Assembly: GCA_000388065.2 (NCBI GenBank)
Contig: KB932205.1
DNA length: 6,167 bases
Reading direction: 5' to 3' (one strand)
DNA from: Fonticula alba ATCC 38817
Lineage: Eukaryota > Protista > Nucleariida
Part shown: in pieces, positions 1-6,167 of the stretch
How the letters are laid out: each line of letters starts with the position of its first letter
Numbering within the stretch: the stretch's first letter is position 1
Made by a program: the position numbers and the translations under genes
Notes under the pieces: generated by a model
Databases searched by the model: none
What the model was told of the DNA's origin: nothing
What the model saw: only the letters and a program-made list of their open reading frames with translations

Positions 1-1353
1 TGGCTCCCCCCCGGCAGCCGGGACGCTGGTCGAGGCATGCGCTGCGCTTGGCCTTGCTCGCCGTGGTCTGGGGGGCGACCTGGCTGCTGGTGCCGGCGGT
101 GCTGGCCACCGGTCCAAGCCTTTTTCTCCATGCCGCGCCCCGGCCGGTGATGAATGTCGATGGCCAAATGACTTTGGTCACCCTGCCCGGGCGGGATACC
201 ACCGTCAACATCGAGGCCCCCGCGCGCGATGTCCAAGGCTACCACCAGGCCGATGGGCTGGCCATACTGCCGGAAGTTCGCTGGGGCCCCTTCCTCGGTC
301 GGAAGATGGCCTACCGGTTGGTGTCCCCGCGGCCCGACGACCTGGGCCTGGCGGCGAGGATGTTTCTGCCGCCCCCCGCCGGATCGACCATGCCGGTCCT
401 GCTGGAGTTCACCCACGCCTGGGTCGCGTTCTTTATCGAGCCCTTTCACGTGGCCTTTCCCCAGTCGAACATTTTCCTCCTGGCGGCATCGGCCCCAAGC
501 AGCAGCAGCAACAAGGCCGACCTGCTGGGGATCGTTCCCAGCCCGATGGTCGAGAGGTATGCGCTGTTCGTGGGCACACTCTCTGCCGGGGCCTTGGTGA
601 AAACCGACATGCCGGGGGTGGCCGAGCTCGAGAGGCCGGTCCTCACGGCCGCCGGGCCGCAGCGGGTCTTCTACGTGGCATCCGGGGGGGAGCTTCTCGC
701 CGTGCGCATCCCCCAGGATGGCATGGCCAGCATTTCCCACACCCCGCTCGCCTGGGCGCCGACGCACCTGCTTGCCACGCGGGTCTTCTCGTCGGAGGGC
801 GATTGTCCGGACGCCGCGGATGTGCTCCTCATGTCGGCCAGCGGCGAGATCCGGCTGCTTCCCTGCCATGCAGGTGCAACGGCAAGCCCGGAATTCTACC
901 TGGCACTCCTGCCGCCTGGCATCGGTCCCGGCGGGCGTTTCCTCAACCCCCCGGCCGTGTCGATGGCCGAGCCGTTGCCTTTCTTGTACTACGCCGACGA
1001 GACGCTCGGGTGGGTTGACCTTTGGCGATTGGATGTCCGGTCGAGCGTTTCCAGCTGGCAGCGGGTCATCCTCCCCGACATTGCCCGGCCAGGTACCACG
1101 CACTTGGCTCGACTTCGGCTGGGCGTCCACCCGGCCTCCCGGTGGGTGCTGCTCGGGGGCATGGTTGCCCTCTTCGAGTCGGCGGACTTCGGCTGTGGAA
1201 GTGACCCGAGCATCGTGTGCGACGGGCCCGCGGTGTCGACCGGCTCGACGCTGGGGTGGGCCTGTGCCCCGGGGCGCGCCGAGTCGCCCCTTGTCGCGGT
1301 GGACCAATTGTGCGCCGGCTGTGCCGAGGGCCACTACCTGCAGCGCTCGGCCG
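1..1353 (+). CDS. Exon 1 (5'-partial) of a giant receptor-like Ser/Thr (TKL-type) kinase: signal peptide, extracellular domain A and start of the Cys-rich hinge
   Basis: Frame +3 is open from position 3 (APPRQPGRWSRHALRLALLAVVWGATWLLVPAVLA...) to the donor G|GTGCGT at 1353/1354. The track's start at 48 is a TTG. The window opens with TG immediately before in-frame GCT, so an A at position 0 would give ATG (MAPPRQ...); this cannot be verified here. Confidence 0.88.
39..107 (+). other. Signal peptide h/c-region
   Basis: ALRLALLAVVWGATWLLVPAVLA|TG: Arg-rich n-region upstream, hydrophobic core, and a V-x-A (-3/-1) cleavage pattern. Confidence 0.75.
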
Positions 1354-1380
1354 GTGCGTGCCCGGCCACACCGGTCGGCC

Positions 1381-1520
1381 TTCTCCTTTTCTCCTGGCTT
1401 CTGCTCTTCCTTTGTCTTTGTTCTCCTCCTGGCTTCTGCTCTTCCTTTGCCTTTGTTCTCCTCTTCTCCTGGCTTCTGCTCTTCCTTTGTCTTTGTTCTC
1501 CTCTTCTCTTGGCTTCTGTT
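1381..1520 (+). repeat. Intronic 40-bp pyrimidine-rich tandem repeat (minisatellite), about 3.5 copies
   Basis: The unit GGCTTCTGCTCTTCCTTTG(T/C)CTTTGTTCTCCTCTTCTC(C/T)T starts at 1396, 1431, 1471 and 1511 (spacings 35, 40, 40). The first full copy has a 5-nt deletion. Partial copies lie at 1381-1395 and 1511-1520. Confidence 0.95.
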
Positions 1521-1566
1521 TTCCCCTCTCTCTCCCCCCCCCCTCCTCCCCCTCTCCCCTCCGCAC

Positions 1567-1572
1567 ACTGAC
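1567..1572 (+). promoter_or_regulatory. Putative intron branch point (ACTGAC, branch A at 1571)
   Basis: Matches the CTRAY consensus, lies 19 nt upstream of the end of the acceptor AG, and falls among the first adenines after a 194-nt A-free tract. Confidence 0.8.
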
Positions 1573-1590
1573 CCGGCGCCCCTCGCCCAG

Positions 1591-4500
1591 GCGAACCGCC
1601 CTTCTCCCATCCGTCGCACTCATGCCAGCCCTGCCCTCAGCCAAACTGTCGAACATGCAGCGAGCTGCATTGCCTTGTCTGCTCGCCGGGCTTCTTGCCG
1701 CAGGCCACCGGCGCGAGCGGCAGCGTCGCCTGCGTGCCATCCTGCTCGCCGGGCTTCGCCGAGTACGCGGGCGCCTGTCAGCCCACCGGCACGCCGGCCC
1801 TCGATGCCATTTTGACCGTCCCCCAGCCGGAGCCCCTCCCCGGGCTGGACCCCAGCTCGGTGGTCACGGCCTTCGGCCTGACGTGTCTCAGCCCGGCGGC
1901 GTCGACCGGGCGCCCGGTCCTCCCTCTGCCAGGGGCCCCGCGCGACAGGGTCCTCATGTTTGTCGAGGGCCAGCCATCGCGCGTCATGCCACTCGGCGAT
2001 GTCGGCCTGGCAGCCAAGCCGGCCCCGGCCCCGATGTCGATCTTCCCCATGCCCGGGGTGGCCGGCGTGTCCTCCTTCGTGGAGCTCGGGCCCTTTCTGA
2101 CGAATGGCCAGCTGAAGGTGGCACTCATCATGTGCGGCCGGAATGGGGGGACATCGGCCGCCTGGCTGTCCTGCTGGACCCCCGGCAGCGCCGGGGACGC
2201 CGCCTGCACGGTCAGCGACCCGGTGGCCCCGATGTCCCTCCCCGGCGGCGGCGACTGCCTCGAAGTCCGGCCCCTGGACCAGCGGCATGTGGCCGTCCGG
2301 CTGGCCAGCTCCGAGGTGCTGGTGGTCCTGGCGGACCACATCACCACCAGCATCACCACCACGCGCTACCAGGCCGAGCACATGCTCTCGGTGCCGGGCG
2401 CCCCCGCCGGTCGGGCCTACCCGCTGGGCCTTCGGCATGAGTGGCTGCTCCTGGCCCGGGCCGGTGTCGGGGCCACGGCCGGGCCGGCGGCCCTGCCGGT
2501 GGACGACTCGCGCTGGGACGCCCTCCGGGGGCTTCTGCTGCCGGACCTGCCGAAGGACGGCCCCTTCACGCCGGTGCTCCTTCCCCGCCAGGGCGGGGCC
2601 CTGTCCCCGGAGCTGGTCCTCACGCGGCTGGACGGATCCCTGTGGGAGGCTTTCCGCGTGCCGGGGGACATGCTGCCAGCCGGGCGGTCCATCGGCCTGC
2701 CCTCGGCCAGGCAGGTCCTGGGGTCTCTTCCCGGCGCGCTGAGCCCGGGGCTGCCCCACTCGCCGGATGCCCGGTTCGAGGCCATCTCCCTGGGGGCCTC
2801 GCACGATGCCCATCCCAGTGCCTTGATGCTGCTGACGCGGGACTTCTTCGGCGTGGCCCTCCTCCGGTGCGACGCCGGCCCGGCCGCGTGTACATTGCTT
2901 CCCGCGCGGTTTGTCCCCGTGCCGGAGCCGCTGGGGCCGCTGGCCGGCTCGCCCATGTGGGGGGCCCCCATCGGCCGGGTGGCCCCGTCGAAGGACTGGC
3001 TGCCTGGGGTTGCGGCCACCCTGCTGGCCGTGGCCCCGGGCTCGGGCCCGGTGTCGCTGAGCCTCCTGGCCGCCTGCCCCACCGGCGACACCTACGGCTT
3101 TGACTGCCTGCCATGCGACAGTGGGTGTCTCCTTTGCAATGGGCCCGGCGTGGCCGGGTGTCTGGCCTGTCGGTTTTGGCTGCCCGCCGCCCCGGACGCC
3201 TGCCTGGCGGCCTGCCCGGTCGGCACGCACCCCGCCGCCGATGGCCAGTGCCGCTGCCACGCCACCTGCCAGACCTGCCTGCCCGACGGGCAGGGCACCT
3301 ACGAATGCGTTGACTGTCGGCCCGGCGGCGCCCGGGCCCTGGGCGGCGTGGAGCCGGGCCAATGCTTCCCCTGCCATGAGACCTGCGCCACATGCTCGGT
3401 CCCCGGGGACCCGGCGACCTGCCTGGCCTGTCCCGCCGGCCGGCTTGCCCTCGGGGGCCGTTGTGTTGACTCGTGCCCGGCCGGCCACTGGGAGGACCGT
3501 GTGGCCCGGGTGTGCAGGGCCTGCCCGGCGGCCTGCACCGAGTGCCTTTCGGCCACCGAGTGCGCGGCCTGCGCCGGCCGGCACTTCCTCGGCGGCGATA
3601 AGCGGTGTCACCCGTGTCACGGGTCGTGCGCGGCCTGCAGCACGGACATGGCCTGCACCGCATGCCTCGGCGGGCTGGTCTTCCTTGAGGCTGACCCTGC
3701 CACCCCCTCGCTGTGTGCGAGCGCCTGCCCGCCCGGGGAGTACATCGGCTCGGGCAGGTGCGCGACGTGCGCCGCCTCGTGCCAGCTCTGCGCCCACAGC
3801 GGCACCAGCTGCCAGGTGTGCGCCGAGGGCCACCGGTGGGCCGCCTCGCCCCCGGGGCCCGGCGCCGGGGCCCCCTGTGTCCCATGCCCCGAGGGGTGTG
3901 TCGCCTGCACCGCGGCACATTGTCTGTCCTGCCATGGGGGGCTGCTTCTGGACCCGGCCGGCCGGTGTGTGGCCGCCTGCCCGGCCGGGTCATTCAGCAA
4001 CGGCGAGTCGTGCCAGCCGTGCGACGTGAGCTGCGCCGCCTGCGCCGGTGGCATGGCCAACCAGTGCACGGACTGTGCCACCGGGCTGGAGCTTGTCGAA
4101 GTAACCCCCGGTGTCGGCACCTGCGTGTCCGGCTGCCCGGAGGGCCAGTACCGCGCGGGGGCCGAGTGCCTGCCCTGCGACGCGGCCTGCGCCACGTGCA
4201 ACGGCCCTTCGGACAAGGACTGCTGGCGCTGCGCCACCGGTGTCCTGCAGGGCGACGACTGTGTGCAGGCCTGCGCCGCCAGGCATGTGGCCCTGGCCGG
4301 CCGGTGCCTGCCCTGCCACGCATCCTGCGACCGGTGCGCCGGGACCCGGAGCACCGAGTGCCTGCCGGACTGCGCACCCGACTTGCTGGCCCTGCCGGCC
4401 GGGGCGTCGCCCATGCGCTGCGTGCCGGCCTGCCCGGTGGGGTACCACGCCTCGGGCGCCGGGTGCGCCCCCTGCGAGGCGCACTGCGCCAGCTGCCCGG

Positions 4501-6167
4501 CGAGCGCGGCCACCTGCGCCCTGTGCGAGCGCGGGTGGCTGCTGGACGTGCCGAGCTGCGTGACCGGGTGCCCCGGCTCGTCGGTGGCCCTGGGCGGGCT
4601 GTGCACCGCCTGCCACGGGTCCTGCGCCACGTGCTACGGGCCGGAGCCGGAGCACTGCCTCACCTGCGGCCCGGCCGCCCCGCTGCACCTCGACGGTGCT
4701 TGCCTTGGCGCCTGCCCGGCCGGCACCTACCAGGCCGGGCCAGCATGCCTCCCCTGCAGCGTCTCGTGTGCTGCCTGCTCCGGGCCCGACGGCAGCGAGT
4801 GCGTCTCCTGCCCCGGGGACCGGCTCCTCCTCGAGGGCCACTGCCTGTCCTCCTGCCCGGAGGGCTACTTCCCCCAGGGCAATGTGTGCCGGCCGTGTGC
4901 CCCCTCGTGCCGGACGTGCCGCGCCCCGGACACATGTGCCTCCTGCCCGGCGGGCGCCCTCCTGACCCCGGCCGGGGCGTGTGACACGGGCTGCCCGGCC
5001 GGCTGGCTGGCATGTGCCCCATCCGGCACATGCGTCCCCTGCCCGGAGGGCTGCGCCGAGTGCCGGCCCGGCCAGGCGCCCTGCTCGGCCGAGTGCACTG
5101 CCTGTGCCGCCGGGTGGGTCCTCTCGGATGGTGCCTGCCACGGGGCCTGCCCCCCGGGCCAGTACCATCCCCAGGGTGCGGACCGGTGTGCCTGGTGCGA
5201 GCCCGGCTGCCGGACCTGCTTCGGCCAGGCGGACTCCTGCACCAGCTGCCCGGCGGGGCTGGTCCGCACCAGTGCCGGCACATGCGCCGGCTCCTGCCCG
5301 GCCGGCTCGGCGCCCGTGGATGCGGCCTGCCTGCGGTGCCCGGCCGGCTGCGAGCAGTGCACCGCCGGCGAGGGCCAGGCCGGCTGCACCCTCGAGGCGG
5401 ATGGCTCGCTCGCCTGCCCCGTCATGGGGTCCTGTGATGGGTGTGCCGGGGGCCTGTTCCTGGTGGACGGGTCGGCCTGCGTGGCGGCCTGCCCGCCCGG
5501 CACCTTCGGCCAGGAGGGGCCCCTCTCGCCGGTGTGTGCTCCGTGCCATGTGAAGTGCCGCGCCTGCACCGGGCCCGGGGCCGAGGACTGCAGCCGGGTG
5601 CCCGGGTCACGCTCTTCGCATGTTGGCCTGGCGGTGGGCCTGTCGCTGGGCCTGCTGTTTTTGCTGATCCTGCTGCTTCTGCTCGTGCTCTTCCTCGTGC
5701 GCCGGCACGCCGGCATGGCTGCCACCGGCAAGGACCCGGCGGACGCCGAGGACGCCACCATGCTGAACACCATCGTGGAGCTGGCCCTGCCCGGGGCCAT
5801 CCTGGTGGGCGTGGACACGGACTTCCGGCCGCTGGATGAGCAGCTGGGCGCCGGGACCCAGGCGTCGGTGTATGCGGCGCAGGCGATCGGAGCTGGCATC
5901 GCCGCGCGGCTGGGCTGCCCGGACGTGGTGGCCGTCAAGAAGATGCGGCCCGAGGCCATGGCCCCGGTGCACCACGCCATGTTCCAAAATGAGGTGGCGC
6001 TGATGTGGCTGCTGCGCGAGCACGGCCACATCGTCCGGCTCTTCGGGTACAGCGAGCAGCCGCCGGCCATCGTGATGGAGCGCTTCGACACGGACCTGGA
6101 CACGCTGCTGCACTCGGAGGTCCCCCTATCAAGCCTGCAGCTGGCGGACATCTGCCAGCAGTGGGCC
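1591..6167 (+). CDS. Exon 2 (3'-partial) of the receptor kinase: rest of the hinge, domain B, 18 furin-like repeats, TM helix and N-terminal part of the kinase domain
   Basis: After the acceptor CCCAG| at 1590, the phase-1 junction G+GC gives Gly. Frame +3 (codons from 1593) translates without a stop to 6167 (EPPFSHPSHSCQPCPQPNCRTC...LADICQQWA). Third positions are strongly G/C and the domain order is coherent. The ORF track omits it because no stop is reached. Confidence 0.95.
3075..5591 (+). repeat. Array of 18 furin-like / growth-factor-receptor Cys-rich repeats (~839 aa)
   Basis: Recurring C-x(1-2)-C-x3-C-x2-C-x(4-8)-C-x2-C-xn-C-x3-C(P)xG units, e.g. CLPCDAACATCNGPSDKDCWRCATGVLQGDDCVQAC. 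About 140 Cys by manual count (~17%). Units are diverged at the DNA level. Confidence 0.93.
5622..5699 (+). other. Single transmembrane helix (type I topology)
   Basis: VGLAVGLSLGLLFLLILLLLLVLFLV followed by the RRH positive-inside stop-transfer residues. Confidence 0.95.
5823..6167 (+). other. Protein kinase domain, subdomains I-V (truncated by the window end), probably TKL group
   Basis: Gly-loop LGAGTQASVY (5844-5873), VAVK (5928-5939), alphaC Glu in FQNEVALM (Glu 5991-5993), HIVRLFGYS, and hinge IVMERF (gatekeeper Met at 6075). HRD and DFG are not in the window, so the TKL vs TK call is inferred. Confidence 0.93.

Larger units (their letters stand above)
1354..1590 (+). other. Spliceosomal (U2-type) GT-AG intron, 237 nt, phase 1
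   Basis: Donor GTGCGT at 1354, branch-point-like ACTGAC at 1567-1572 and acceptor CAG at 1588-1590. The terminal AG is the only AG in the intron. The interior is low-complexity pyrimidine sequence. Splicing restores the frame and an even-numbered, pairable Cys set (CAGCAEGHYLQRSAG-EPPFSHPSHSCQPC). Confidence 0.92.
1194..1778 (+). other. Cys-rich hinge containing one complete furin-like unit, interrupted by the intron
   Basis: 14 Cys after splicing, including CQPCPQPNCRTCSELHCLVC...CVPSC...C, with the same spacing as the main array. Confidence 0.8.

Noticed and set aside
37-150. Out-of-frame ATG at 37 opening a 37-codon ORF (possible uORF)
   Set aside because: The likely true ATG lies at or before position 0, making this an internal out-of-frame ATG. 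There is no support for function.
1381-1520. CRISPR array or mobile-element interpretation of the tandem repeat
   Set aside because: The repeats are contiguous with no unique spacers, have no terminal inverted repeats or target-site duplication, and sit in a eukaryotic intron.
48-1571. 507-aa ORF as a complete standalone gene
   Set aside because: It starts at a TTG inside a frame that is open further upstream. Its last ~72 codons are intron sequence, and its stop is the TGA of the branch-point motif. Kept only as a possible retained-intron isoform.
1358-1640. Alternative splice sites (GT at 1358 or 1374; CAG ending at 1628 or 1640)
   Set aside because: Each alternative site paired with the main partner site causes a frameshift. 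The phase-0 combinations have weak donor context and break Cys pairing.
1066-1740. Minus-strand ORF with a repeated charged peptide (EENKDKGRAEARR)
   Set aside because: It is simply the reverse complement of the intronic pyrimidine minisatellite.
108-5621. No N-X-S/T sequon in a ~1,760-aa ectodomain
   Set aside because: Only about 13 Asn are present because of GC bias, so having no sequon is not unlikely by chance.
1620-6113. Long minus-strand ORFs 1620..3935 (771 aa), 3990..5549 (519 aa) and 5607..6113
   Set aside because: They are in register with the sense codons and end exactly at rare sense TCA codons (1620, 3990, 5607). They are antisense shadows of a GC3-rich gene and show no recognisable domains.
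229-6151. Remaining Pro/Arg/Ala/Gly-rich ORFs in frames +1, +2 and the other minus frames
   Set aside because: They have the composition typical of off-frame reading of GC-rich coding DNA, overlap the real CDS entirely, and show no motifs.

Overview
GC-rich eukaryotic genomic DNA occupied end to end by one + strand gene, truncated at both window edges. The ORF track misses most of it because frame +3 runs from 1593 to the window end without a stop. Manual translation gives exon 1 (1..1353), one 237-nt GT-AG spliceosomal intron (1354..1590) and a 4.6-kb exon 2 (1591..>6167), about 1,976 codons within the window. The product is a giant single-pass receptor kinase. From N- to C-terminus it has a signal peptide, an unrecognised ~360-aa Cys-poor domain A, a short Cys-rich/furin-like hinge spanning the intron, an unrecognised ~430-aa domain B, 18 tandem furin-like (CxxC) repeats (~840 aa), a transmembrane helix with a GxxxGxxxG zipper, and kinase subdomains I-V. 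The kinase is probably TKL-type, but its catalytic loop lies outside the window. The intron contains a 40-bp pyrimidine minisatellite and a 194-nt adenine-free tract. GC content, intron style and architecture recall the aggregative holomycotan amoeba Fonticula alba, but this is recall rather than a search result. All other listed ORFs are explained as shadows of the main frame.
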